A stretch of DNA of 21,206 nt from contig CAXBPH010000105.1 in assembly GCA_963977445.1 (NCBI GenBank), positions 1-21,206 of the forward strand. The letters are read 5' to 3'. The notes beneath the pieces were generated by a model that was not told the DNA's origin, made no database searches, and worked only from the letters and a program-made list of their open reading frames with translations. Made by a program: the position numbers and the translations under genes. The DNA is from an uncultured bacterium. Its GTDB lineage: Bacteria; Hydrogenedentota; Hydrogenedentia; Hydrogenedentales; JAEUWI01. This document shows, piece after piece, positions 1 to 8,587 of this stretch (positions are counted from its first letter, which is position 1; every line of letters starts with the position of its first letter).

Positions 1-2
1 CG

Positions 3-1451
3 GCGTCGGCAGGGGTGGCCGTGCCGTTCCTGGTACTTTTCGGGAGTCTCCACGCGCCCGCACGCAATGGGGAGGAGGCGCGCCCCAACATGGTGTTTAT
101 CATCAGCGACACCCTTCGTGCCGACTACTGCAGTGCCTATGGCGGTGCCGTGGCCACACCGAATCTGAGTGCCCTGGCCGAATCGGGGGTGCGCTTTGAC
201 CGCAATTACTCCCTGGCCCCCTGGACCCTGCCCGCCATCACGGGACTGTTCTCCTCCCAATATCCCAAATCCCTGACCCCCGATGGGGACCACAAGACCT
301 GGATATTGGAGATGAATCGCTACGAGGTGGACTATGAGGTGCCGACCTTGCCCATGCGCCTGGAAGAGGCCGGCTACCGTACCGGTGCCTTCACCGCCAA
401 CGCCTTTCTCCCGGTCGTTCCAGGAATGATGTTTGGCTATGAGGATAGGGCCAGTTCCCACCCCATCCTGTTGGAAGACAATGGCTACTTCAACCAACTG
501 CCCCTGCTCAGCGCGACCTTTCGTGCCTGGCTGCCGGTGTTGGTCGATATTCGCCCCCACAACACCACCCAGGATCTTGATCGCTACGCCCAGGCATTCA
601 TTCGTCGCCATCGTGACGTGCCCTTCTTTCTCTGGATTCACTACATCGATCCCCACGCCCCCTACGACCCGCCCGAAGACCTTCGTCGGGTTCATGAAGG
701 CCCCTGGCCCTTTTTTCACCCCTACGTAGGCGGCGAAGAATGGGGCATCCCCATACTCGGCAAGAACTTTTTCGTGGCGGAACCGGACCAGGATTATGTT
801 CGCTCCCTGTATGAAGGCGAAATTACCTATGTCGACGACTTTGTCGGGCGTATACAGGACGCCCTGAAGTCCGCTGGCGTCGCCGACGATACCTACGTCT
901 GTTTCACATCCGACCATGGCGAAGAACTCTGGGACCACGGAGAGTGGGGCCACGGTCAGTCCTTGCACGACGAGCTGGTCCGCGTGCCGTGGATATTTTC
1001 CGGTCCGGGGCTTTCGCCGCGCACGATCTCCAATCCCGTGTCTGCCATTGATCTGGTGCCCACCCTGGCCGATGTGCTTGGCGTGGCACCTGCCGAATCC
1101 TGGCGTGGGAAAAGCCTGGGGCCCGTGCTTCGGGGCGAGGAAGAGGTACCCGCAGACGTGCCCATCTTCTCCCTGGGAACAAGCAATAAATCGGTGAACA
1201 ACCCCCAATACATGGTGGTTCGCGGCACTTATAAACTCATCCAAATCGATGGCGGTGAGGATGTGCTCTACGATCTCGCTACGGACCCGGAAGAGCAATC
1301 CAATATTGCCTCTGAGAACCCCGCCCTCGTGGCCGAGCTGGGTGCGCTGCTCGATGAATGGCTGGCCAGCTTCTCGCCCTATTTTGATGCCATGCCCGTT
1401 GAGTTCAATCGCGAAATGGAGCAGGGACTTGAAGGTATGGGCTATCTGTAG
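3..1451 (+). CDS. Sulfatase/alkaline-phosphatase superfamily hydrolase, probably 5'-truncated by the window edge
   Basis: Motifs RPNMVFIISDTLRAD, HYIDPHAPY, FTSDHGE...HG, LVRVPWI and LYDLATDPEEQSN. The frame is open back to base 3 with a hydrophobic stretch at the start, so the true start likely lies upstream of the window. Confidence 0.9.
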   Translation, partial: ASAGVAVPFLVLFGSLHAPARNGEEARPNMVFIISDTLRADYCSAYGGAVATPNLSALAESGVRFDRNYSLAPWTLPAITGLFSSQYPKSLTPDGDHKTWILEMNRYEVDYEVPTLPMRLEEAGYRTGAFTANAFLPVVPGMMFGYEDRASSHPILLEDNGYFNQLPLLSATFRAWLPVLVDIRPHNTTQDLDRYAQAFIRRHRDVPFFLWIHYIDPHAPYDPPEDLRRVHEGPWPFFHPYVGGEEWGIPILGKNFFVAEPDQDYVRSLYEGEITYVDDFVGRIQDALKSAGVADDTYVCFTSDHGEELWDHGEWGHGQSLHDELVRVPWIFSGPGLSPRTISNPVSAIDLVPTLADVLGVAPAESWRGKSLGPVLRGEEEVPADVPIFSLGTSNKSVNNPQYMVVRGTYKLIQIDGGEDVLYDLATDPEEQSNIASENPALVAELGALLDEWLASFSPYFDAMPVEFNREMEQGLEGMGYL

Positions 1452-1571
1452 GCGGATTCTGCCCCACCGAAGTTTCTATTGGGTTGCAGAGCAATCGCAC
1501 TAAAACCGACAGCAGATCGAGCGCGAGTACCAACAGAGACTCACTCCACCAAAATAAACTGCACCCACCAA

Positions 1572-1932
1572 ACGTGCCGCGCGATCTGGTACTCCAGTTC
1601 GTGCGTTGGGACTGTGGGACGTCAGTGGGATCTACGTTGTTCTGGGAAGTCTTCAAGATCTCACTTGGGATGGCGCATTGTGCTTGGCCTCGATATAGAA
1701 ACATAGTCTTTACTTCCAACCCACGCACGAATCCACCAACGGCGCATCTTCGACCGGGAATACCGGATCGCGCGGCACGTCCATGTTTTTTGGTTTCAAT
1801 TGCAAAGAGACACCTGGCGGCAAGTTTCGCAAGAGCCCATCGCGTCTTCCTTTTACCAAATAGGCCTTACTTACGTCCCCAGTCCCAATGCACGAATCCT
1901 CCTTCGGCGCCTCTTGAACTCGAATACCTGAT
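1572..1932. repeat. Three degenerate copies of a ~60-80-nt intergenic element (one inverted, two direct)
   Basis: 1572-1591 vs 1761-1780: inverted repeat, 19/20 matches. 1598-1626 vs 1869-1896: inverted repeat with 2 mismatches and 1 gap. 1725-1768 vs 1890-1932: degenerate direct repeat (GCACGAATCC...CGGCGC.TCTT...GAATACC.GAT), offset ~165 nt. Confidence 0.8.
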
Positions 1933-1953
1933 AGGGTTGCCCCAGAGAATGGC

Positions 1954-1988
1954 TTGCTTCTCCCGTGCGGTACGCATACAATATGCGT
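1954..1988 (+). promoter_or_regulatory. Putative sigma70 promoter with an overlapping palindromic operator
   Basis: TTGCTT (1954-1959), 17-nt spacer, TACAAT (1977-1982). A perfect 7-3-7 palindrome ACGCATA-CAA-TATGCGT (1972-1988) covers the -10 box. Confidence 0.5.
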
Positions 1989-2081
1989 CGAACGTTAATT
2001 CCCGGGAACTCGGTCAACGCTTCAGCGGCCCCACCGCTGCATGTTCCCTCTCTATTATATTCGCGGAAGGATAGTACTCAT

Positions 2082-3119
2082 ATGTCGAAGAAGATTGTAA
2101 AAATAGGCATCATTGGATGCGGCATGATTGCCGAACGGCTCCACATTCCAGACTACAAAGCCTGTGATCAGGCGGAGTTGGTCGCCTTTTGTGACGCCGA
2201 TAAGAAGCGCGCCCAGGCCATGGCCGACAAATTCGCTCCCGGCGCGGCGGTCTACACCGACTATAAAGCCCTCTTGAAAAATGCCGACGTGGACGCCGTT
2301 TCGGTCTGCATGCCCAACAAGTTTCATGGGGTTGTAAGCATCGCGGCCGCCACCGCAGGCAAGCACGTCCTGGTGGAAAAGCCCATGGCCATGAGCCTCG
2401 CCGAAGCCAAGAAGATGGTCGCCGTAGCGAAGAAAAACAAGATCCACCTCCTCGTCAATCAGAGCATGCGGAACTACCCCGCCCACCAAAAAGCGCGGGA
2501 ATTGATAAAGAGCGGTTATATTGGCGACGTGCTGCATGTAAGCGGCATGTGTGGTCACGAAGGTCCCGAAGTCTGGGCACCCGATGCCAAGTGGTTTTTC
2601 AAGAAAAAAGATGCCCGTTTTGGCGCCATGGCTGACCTGGGTGTTCACAAGGCCGACGCGATCCGCTACATAACCGGCAAAGAGATCAGCGAGATTCGGG
2701 CCTTCTCCGGAACGCTGGAAAAGAAGCGTACCGACCTCGAAGACAACTTTGTATCTTCCTTTATCTTCAAGGATGGTGGTATGGGTTCCCTCGCCGCTTC
2801 CTGGACGGTGAAGGGCGGCATGACAAACTACACGATTGTCCACGGCAGCAAAGGCACCTTGGAAATCCTGCTCCATCCCGACAAGCCCCTCGTGGCCCGG
2901 ATGCATGAACCCTTGTCCGAGGTGGTCTTCACTTTGCCGGAAGCCCCCATCCTCTACAAGGACTCCTGGGGTCTCGATATAGGCGGTTCCTTCGTGCGGG
3001 CGATTCTCGGCGAAGAAGAGCCCTTCTGCTCGGGCGAAGAAGGCCTGAAGAGTCTGGCCGTTATTCTCGCCGGAGAAAAAGCCGCCGAGACAGGAAAGTC
3101 CGTCAAAGTAACGGTATAA
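2082..3119 (+). CDS. Gfo/Idh/MocA family NAD(P)-dependent oxidoreductase
   Basis: N-terminal KIGIIGCGMIA Rossmann motif, GKHVLVEKP and GAMADLGVH. ATG at 2082 follows an AAGGA RBS, so the ORF-track start at 1965 is probably too long. Confidence 0.93.
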   Translation: MSKKIVKIGIIGCGMIAERLHIPDYKACDQAELVAFCDADKKRAQAMADKFAPGAAVYTDYKALLKNADVDAVSVCMPNKFHGVVSIAAATAGKHVLVEKPMAMSLAEAKKMVAVAKKNKIHLLVNQSMRNYPAHQKARELIKSGYIGDVLHVSGMCGHEGPEVWAPDAKWFFKKKDARFGAMADLGVHKADAIRYITGKEISEIRAFSGTLEKKRTDLEDNFVSSFIFKDGGMGSLAASWTVKGGMTNYTIVHGSKGTLEILLHPDKPLVARMHEPLSEVVFTLPEAPILYKDSWGLDIGGSFVRAILGEEEPFCSGEEGLKSLAVILAGEKAAETGKSVKVTV

Positions 3120-3130
3120 TACCTTTAACG

Positions 3131-3175
3131 AACGCCGGTAATCGTCGTGCGGGCGGTTGCCGGTGTTTGTTTTTT
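3131..3175 (+). terminator. Putative rho-independent terminator
   Basis: 16-bp stem with G-U pairs (3131-3146/3152-3167) followed by TGTTTTTT, just after the oxidoreductase stop codon. Confidence 0.6.
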
Positions 3176-3251
3176 GGGGCAGGCACCACGTCTGTCTGTT
3201 TGCTGTGTTTGGGCCATCGGGCCACCGAACAATGAAGTGGATTCGAAGCTA

Positions 3252-4343
3252 ATGTCATTCGATACGGTTACCGTGGCGCTCGGCGATCGCGCCTATCCCA
3301 TCCATCTGGGATGTTCAATACTTGACCAGCTACCAGAGTTGGTTCGTGCCACGGGCGTCGGGGGCAAGCTGGGCATCGTCACCGATTCCAATGTGGGCCC
3401 TCTTTACGCTGATGCCGTCGTGGAAAGCTTGAGCGCTGCAGGATTCAACGTGGTGGTACACACCATGGCCGCAGGCGAGCCCAACAAACGGATGGCGGCC
3501 GTGGAAGACATTTGCGGCACCTTTCTCGCCGGCGGACTGGATCGTACCAGTCTGGTCTTGGCCCTTGGCGGCGGCGTGGTCGGTGATGTGGCCGGGTATG
3601 CAGCGGCATCCTTTATGCGCGGCATTCCCTTTATCCAGATTCCCACGACCATCGTGGCCCAGGTGGATTCCAGCGTTGGCGGCAAAACCGGGGTAAATCA
3701 CCCCCTCGGCAAAAACACCATTGGTGCCTTTCATCAGCCCCTGGGTGTGCTCGTCGACATGGCCCTGCTCCAATCCCTTCCCGACCGTGAATTGCGGGCA
3801 GGTCTCGCAGAAGCCATCAAACACGGCATCATCGCCGACGCCGATTTGTTTTCCTATATGGAATCCAACGCGACGGCCATTCTGGCGAAGACCCAGGCCA
3901 ACCTGGTGGTGCCCATTCGTCGCTCCTGTGAAATTAAGGCCGCTGTCGTGGCCGCCGATGAAAAAGAGCACGGTGCCCGCGCCAATCTGAACTACGGCCA
4001 TACCTTTGGACATGCCATCGAGTCGGTGACACACTACGAGCAATTTCTCCACGGCGAGGCCATTGCCCTCGGCATGGTCGCCGCCGGAGCCCTTTCGCTG
4101 GAGTTGGGACTGGTGGATGAGGCATTCGTCGAACGGCAGCGAAATATTTTTGTCGCCTATGGATTGCCCGTAAACTGGAGCGAGATCCCCGTGGATGAGG
4201 TCATCCAGGCCATGCAGAAAGATAAGAAAGTGCGGGCAGGTACCCTGAAATTTATTGTGGCCGACCGAATGGGCCACGTCATCCACCGCACGGATATCAC
4301 CGAGGCGCAAGTGCGCATTGCCCTGAAATCCATCGCAGGTTAA
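3252..4343 (+). CDS. aroB: 3-dehydroquinate synthase
   Basis: Motifs ALGGGVVGDVAGYAAASFMRG, QIPTT..AQVDSSVGGKTGVN, GKNTIGAFHQP, LNYGHTFGHAIE, HGEAIALGM and DKK. Start taken at ATG 3252 (MSFDTVTVALGDRAYPI). Confidence 0.97.
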   Translation: MSFDTVTVALGDRAYPIHLGCSILDQLPELVRATGVGGKLGIVTDSNVGPLYADAVVESLSAAGFNVVVHTMAAGEPNKRMAAVEDICGTFLAGGLDRTSLVLALGGGVVGDVAGYAAASFMRGIPFIQIPTTIVAQVDSSVGGKTGVNHPLGKNTIGAFHQPLGVLVDMALLQSLPDRELRAGLAEAIKHGIIADADLFSYMESNATAILAKTQANLVVPIRRSCEIKAAVVAADEKEHGARANLNYGHTFGHAIESVTHYEQFLHGEAIALGMVAAGALSLELGLVDEAFVERQRNIFVAYGLPVNWSEIPVDEVIQAMQKDKKVRAGTLKFIVADRMGHVIHRTDITEAQVRIALKSIAG

Positions 4344-4361
4344 TCTTTAAAGGAAAATTCC

Positions 4362-5186
4362 ATGGTTTTTGGTGGCGAATCGGCTGACAGCTACTACGAC
4401 GAAGGGGTAACCGCCACCATGCGTGGCGATGTGGGCCAGGCGATAACACATTTTGAAAAGGCCCTTGCCCTTGACCCCTACCACGTGGCAAGTTGTCACC
4501 AACTGGGGAAGTGCCACGTGCGTCTGGGCAAGCTGCAAGCCGCGGTCGAATTCTTCTACCGTGCAATCAAGGCCCGTCCCAATCCCATTCCACCCCGCCT
4601 CGACCTGGGTTTTGCCCTCCTGGAAGGCGGCAATGCACCCCGTGCCGAAGTCGCCTTCAACGAAGTGCTGGCGGTGAAGCCAGAGAACACCAAGGCCATG
4701 CTGGGACTCGCGGGCTGCGCATTTCAAAAAGGGGAGTGGGAGCGCGCCTACATCCTGGTAAGTCAGGTGGTTTCCCAGGGCGGCGACGGCTTCGCAGCAC
4801 GTTACCTCCAGGCGCGGGCCGCCCGACTGGCCAATTTCCTCGATGTTTCCGTCACCGCCTTTGAAGCCGCCGATGGACTGATTGAAAAACTGATTGAAGG
4901 CAATCCGGATCAGCCCGAAGGGTACTACCTGCGGGGTGAACTGAACTTTGCACGGGAAAATTTCGCAGCGGCCCTGGATAGCTTCCAGGCGGCGGAGAAT
5001 CGTATCGTATCCGGCACCCATTATTATTCCTACGGAGAGCATTTTGACGCCCTCGTCGTACTCGCGAAAAAAGGCATGAGCCTGCTCCGTCTCGGGCGCC
5101 GGGAAGAGGCGATGAAAATCGGTGAAGAGCTGATGAAACACGACCCCAAAAATCGCATTGCGGCCCTACTCACAAAAACGGACTGA
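4362..5186 (+). CDS. Tetratricopeptide repeat protein
   Basis: Several ~34-aa TPR-like helical units (AITHFEKALALDP, AFNEVLAVKPENTKAMLGLA, NPDQPEGYYLRG). AAGGA RBS; 18 nt downstream of aroB. Confidence 0.88.
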   Translation: MVFGGESADSYYDEGVTATMRGDVGQAITHFEKALALDPYHVASCHQLGKCHVRLGKLQAAVEFFYRAIKARPNPIPPRLDLGFALLEGGNAPRAEVAFNEVLAVKPENTKAMLGLAGCAFQKGEWERAYILVSQVVSQGGDGFAARYLQARAARLANFLDVSVTAFEAADGLIEKLIEGNPDQPEGYYLRGELNFARENFAAALDSFQAAENRIVSGTHYYSYGEHFDALVVLAKKGMSLLRLGRREEAMKIGEELMKHDPKNRIAALLTKTD

Positions 5187-5194
5187 AAGGGACC

Positions 5195-5839
5195 ATGAGC
5201 GAAATCAATATACAGCTCGTTCGGGAATTCTTCGAACTGAACCGATTTCGCGTATTGACCCATTGGCAACACGATGAGGAGCGTCGCCACGGGGTGGAGA
5301 GTGGCCTGCTCCTGTTTGTGGAGCAAGTGGGACAGGAAACCGAAGGCCGTGAAGCCCCGGGTGTCCTACTCGATCAGCGGAGCGTACAAGGCCTCCAGCG
5401 GGCTGTCGTAGAGGTGCGTGCCTGGCATGGGGACAAGTTCTATCCGTCCGTCGTCGAGTCCAGCCCGGTCCTCGGCCACGTCGCATCCAAAGAAGTGCGT
5501 GCCCTGGCCGCATCCGTGTTTGGCGAACAGTCCGTCGTGTCCGTCCTGGTTATTTCCGAGCTTCCGGGCAAGGCAAAATTGCGAACCAGGACGCTCGAAC
5601 TCATTCAAGCCATGGGCGTGGAGCACGTGCTGGAATTCAGTACCATGCTCGCCTCCATGCTGGAAAAACTGAGTCCCCAAAGCAACTATGCGCCCTCCCA
5701 GACCCTGCAAACCCTCCGGTTGCTCAAACGCTACGATCTCGTTCAGCATCAGCAACTTGAGTTCCGATTTCCCCTTGATCCCGCACCGGCCCTGTTAAAT
5801 CCGCCCGTAGATGTTGCCGTCGACGAACCGGATGATTAG
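5195..5839 (+). CDS. Hypothetical protein, possibly a degenerate restriction-endonuclease-like fold
   Basis: 214-aa ORF with an AAGGGA RBS, 8 nt after the TPR stop, so probably operonic. LVREFFELNRFRV and AVVEVRAWH resemble PD-(D/E)xK core elements (inference). Confidence 0.75.
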   Translation: MSEINIQLVREFFELNRFRVLTHWQHDEERRHGVESGLLLFVEQVGQETEGREAPGVLLDQRSVQGLQRAVVEVRAWHGDKFYPSVVESSPVLGHVASKEVRALAASVFGEQSVVSVLVISELPGKAKLRTRTLELIQAMGVEHVLEFSTMLASMLEKLSPQSNYAPSQTLQTLRLLKRYDLVQHQQLEFRFPLDPAPALLNPPVDVAVDEPDD

Positions 5840-5903
5840 CAGCGCGGGCTCGGACCAGGGAGCAAAGCGCATTTCAACCGAAAAAGAGTAAGGGAATACC
5901 ATC

Positions 5904-8444
5904 ATGAAAATGCCCGTCGTCCACACGATACTCCTTGTTATGTCCTTGCTTGGGACGATTCTGTTGTCGAATGTCGCAGCGGCGGAGGCCTATCTTGCAC
6001 CCAGAAATACGGAAGTTCCCTTTCCCTACAAAGTCGGGGCGACGCGAAGTTGGCCGATTCTTCGCGCACCCCTCCCTGCGGGCGGGCGCATCTCCTTCAT
6101 TGCGAAGCGCGGGGAAAATACCCTGGCCCAGGGAAATACGGTTGGCCTGCCCGGAATGAAAATAGACTTGGCGGAGGATCGCTACCTGCGTATTGTGTCC
6201 GAGACGGACACCCCGGAAGCGTCCTTCGAACTCGAAGTGTCCCTGGCCCTCCCGGGGGGCGACATCGAATACCAGACCTTGTCCATTCTGGCGGCACCAC
6301 CGGCCCGTCCTATTTCGTATCTGGCCGATTTTGGGGACGACCTGATTCGTATATTCAACGGCACCCAGGATGGGAGCTGGCAGCCCCTGACCCGCGATGG
6401 CTTCGACCAGTATTTTCGACGCTGTCAGATGCAAGGCATCGACCGCCTCATACTCTGGCTCACGGCCATGCCCTACGTTACCGACGCCGCAAACTACACG
6501 CCGGAGGATTGGGAAAATTATGTCGCCCAGGCAAAAGCATTGACCGAAAGCCCCAATTTCCTGAAACTCATCGAAACGCGGAAGAAAGGGGCCGCGGCGG
6601 GCGAATGGGGGCTCCATCTTTCCTGGGATTGGATACGCCAACTTAATCTTTACCGACTCATTGATAATTTTGGCCCCATGCTCTCCCAAAGTGCTATGGA
6701 CCATGGAATCAAACTCACCGTCAGCTTTCGTCCCTTTGAGCCCGCACTCACCAAATATTATGAGTTGCCTGCCTTCGATCAGGACGGCACCTACCTCTGG
6801 GGCTTCTTACCCATGGCCTCCCCGACGGTGAATTACCAGACTTCTGAAACTTCCTTTGCCCACTACCGCACTATCCTCGAAAAAATGGGCTTTCCAGAGA
6901 AGGGGCAGATTGGGAGCATCACCCTGCCTGGCGCGGCAACGACCTCGGCCTGGGTCGATCGATTTCAGCAGCAGGGAGACAACCTGCGCATTCATGCCTC
7001 GGACTATCCGCCCTTGCAGCCGGAATCGCTCGTCTTGCAACGGCAACCCGATGGTACCTTTGCGTTGGTGCCCTTCGGTGGATTTTCGAAGGAGGCGAAT
7101 GGCCGCAGGACAGAAGTTACGGATTTCACGCTCCGGGTGGATGGCACCGACGTTCATCTCGAAAACCTCCACGTTGCACCGGAAACGCGCTACCTCATTC
7201 TCAGCAATCCCTCCGACGACGCGACCGCATCAGCACCCAATCTGGCGACCTTTGCGCCCGTGACGCTACATTCAAAAGCAGGCAACGCCCTCGGTCGGGA
7301 AAACGTCTATTGGGTGCTCGACGACGATCCCGCGCTTTCGAGCAAGACACGGGTGCCCGGGATACCCGAAACGGGAAACCAGGCCACCGAGTTTGATGCC
7401 ACCGAAGCGGGCTACCTCCACCTCTATCAGCAGGGTGAACCCCGCACGGATCTGAAGAATCGCCTCCTCGTCATCGATCTGGGGGCTCCCTATTCGGTGG
7501 AGACGTTGGATCTGCAACAGCCCGTCGCCCGCGCCAACGCAATTAAAGAGCTGAAGACCGTCCTGGATTTGCCCGCCTTTGACGAGTTGTTCGTAAACAC
7601 CCGATCCCACGTTCAGCTTTCGGCCTATCAGGGCGATGGTGACGAGGGCATTCAGCCTCTGGTGAATTATCGACAAGCCCACAAGAGTTATACCCATCTG
7701 GGCATCGATCGCGCCTATGCTCCCGTAAGTCTCAGCGAGGATCCCGTGCTGAAGTCTTGGGCCGCCGACCCGGAGTTGGTCGAGCGGATAACGACCTGGC
7801 AGACGGGGGAGTGGGAGGGATACGGCCAAGAGGCAGATTCACCCTTCCGGTGGCGCTATGCCCGAAACAAGGCCGTCGCAGACGGGGTGCGCCTCCTGCT
7901 CCAGGATGTTGAGGAGGCATTTCCGGGGATTCGAACCCGTGTCGTCATTCCCATGGGCGCGCAAATTGCCCAGGAGGTGCGCAACGGGATTGCGACCCTC
8001 CAGCGTGCCGATGGGACGGCCTATGGCCCCGACTACAATGGCGTATGGACGACCGTAAACCACATACCGGCCATTGGAGAGGGGATGGCCATGCTCGACC
8101 TCAGCGGCCTTAGCACCGAGCCGGTTTTCTTCGGCGTTCGTGATATGCCCGAGGCCGAGCCATTTGCTCTCTACTTCGAAGCAGCGCAACGAGACCTGGC
8201 GGCCAATCGGGGCTCGTCATTTCGCGGACCCCGCAGCTTTTTCTTTGAAGCACAATATTCGCTACGCCGTTCGGACTACGACGTCGCCCGGGCAGACAGA
8301 GAACGCATTATCTGCAACGTACTTTCCCATGCCGAGGAAGTCAGTGAAGTTATCCTGTATGAAGCCGCGGACTGGCTCTACTTTTTGCCATTCCAAGATC
8401 GTGATTTAAACGGACACTACTTTCTGGAGCGATGTGCAGAGTAG
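5904..8444 (+). CDS. Large exported hypothetical protein
   Basis: 846-aa ORF with an AAGGGA RBS and a signal-peptide-like N-terminus (MKMP, hydrophobic core, AAAEA). No family recognised with confidence. Confidence 0.85.
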   Translation: MKMPVVHTILLVMSLLGTILLSNVAAAEAYLAPRNTEVPFPYKVGATRSWPILRAPLPAGGRISFIAKRGENTLAQGNTVGLPGMKIDLAEDRYLRIVSETDTPEASFELEVSLALPGGDIEYQTLSILAAPPARPISYLADFGDDLIRIFNGTQDGSWQPLTRDGFDQYFRRCQMQGIDRLILWLTAMPYVTDAANYTPEDWENYVAQAKALTESPNFLKLIETRKKGAAAGEWGLHLSWDWIRQLNLYRLIDNFGPMLSQSAMDHGIKLTVSFRPFEPALTKYYELPAFDQDGTYLWGFLPMASPTVNYQTSETSFAHYRTILEKMGFPEKGQIGSITLPGAATTSAWVDRFQQQGDNLRIHASDYPPLQPESLVLQRQPDGTFALVPFGGFSKEANGRRTEVTDFTLRVDGTDVHLENLHVAPETRYLILSNPSDDATASAPNLATFAPVTLHSKAGNALGRENVYWVLDDDPALSSKTRVPGIPETGNQATEFDATEAGYLHLYQQGEPRTDLKNRLLVIDLGAPYSVETLDLQQPVARANAIKELKTVLDLPAFDELFVNTRSHVQLSAYQGDGDEGIQPLVNYRQAHKSYTHLGIDRAYAPVSLSEDPVLKSWAADPELVERITTWQTGEWEGYGQEADSPFRWRYARNKAVADGVRLLLQDVEEAFPGIRTRVVIPMGAQIAQEVRNGIATLQRADGTAYGPDYNGVWTTVNHIPAIGEGMAMLDLSGLSTEPVFFGVRDMPEAEPFALYFEAAQRDLAANRGSSFRGPRSFFFEAQYSLRRSDYDVARADRERIICNVLSHAEEVSEVILYEAADWLYFLPFQDRDLNGHYFLERCAE

Positions 8445-8587
8445 GGCGTACGTCACCCCCAGCTTTTTCCGAGGAACAATTCTTTGAGAAATAGGCTAGA
8501 ATAGAGGGTATAGCGCGACAGACGGGAACGAAGGGTTCCGTTCCGTGCTGTCCAGCGTGTGGGAATTGGCGAAGGAGTGTCCAATCA

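Noticed and set aside
1958..1967. Shared 10-mer TTCTCCCGTG just after the -35 box in both the oxidoreductase and helicase promoter candidates
   Set aside because: Two instances of a non-palindromic 10-mer in unverified promoters of unrelated genes are compatible with chance.
1484..2074. 196-aa + strand ORF and other short ORFs in the sulfatase-oxidoreductase gap
   Set aside because: No clear RBS or recognisable motif, and they cross the repeat elements and the promoter candidate. A retron msr/msd reading of the inverted repeats was also dropped because there is no reverse transcriptase nearby.
2082..3119. Gfo/Idh/MocA oxidoreductase and DUF1080 protein as a 3-keto-glycoside degradation pathway
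   Set aside because: These families do cooperate in known pathways, but here the genes are about 16 kb apart with unrelated genes between them, so there is no evidence of linkage.
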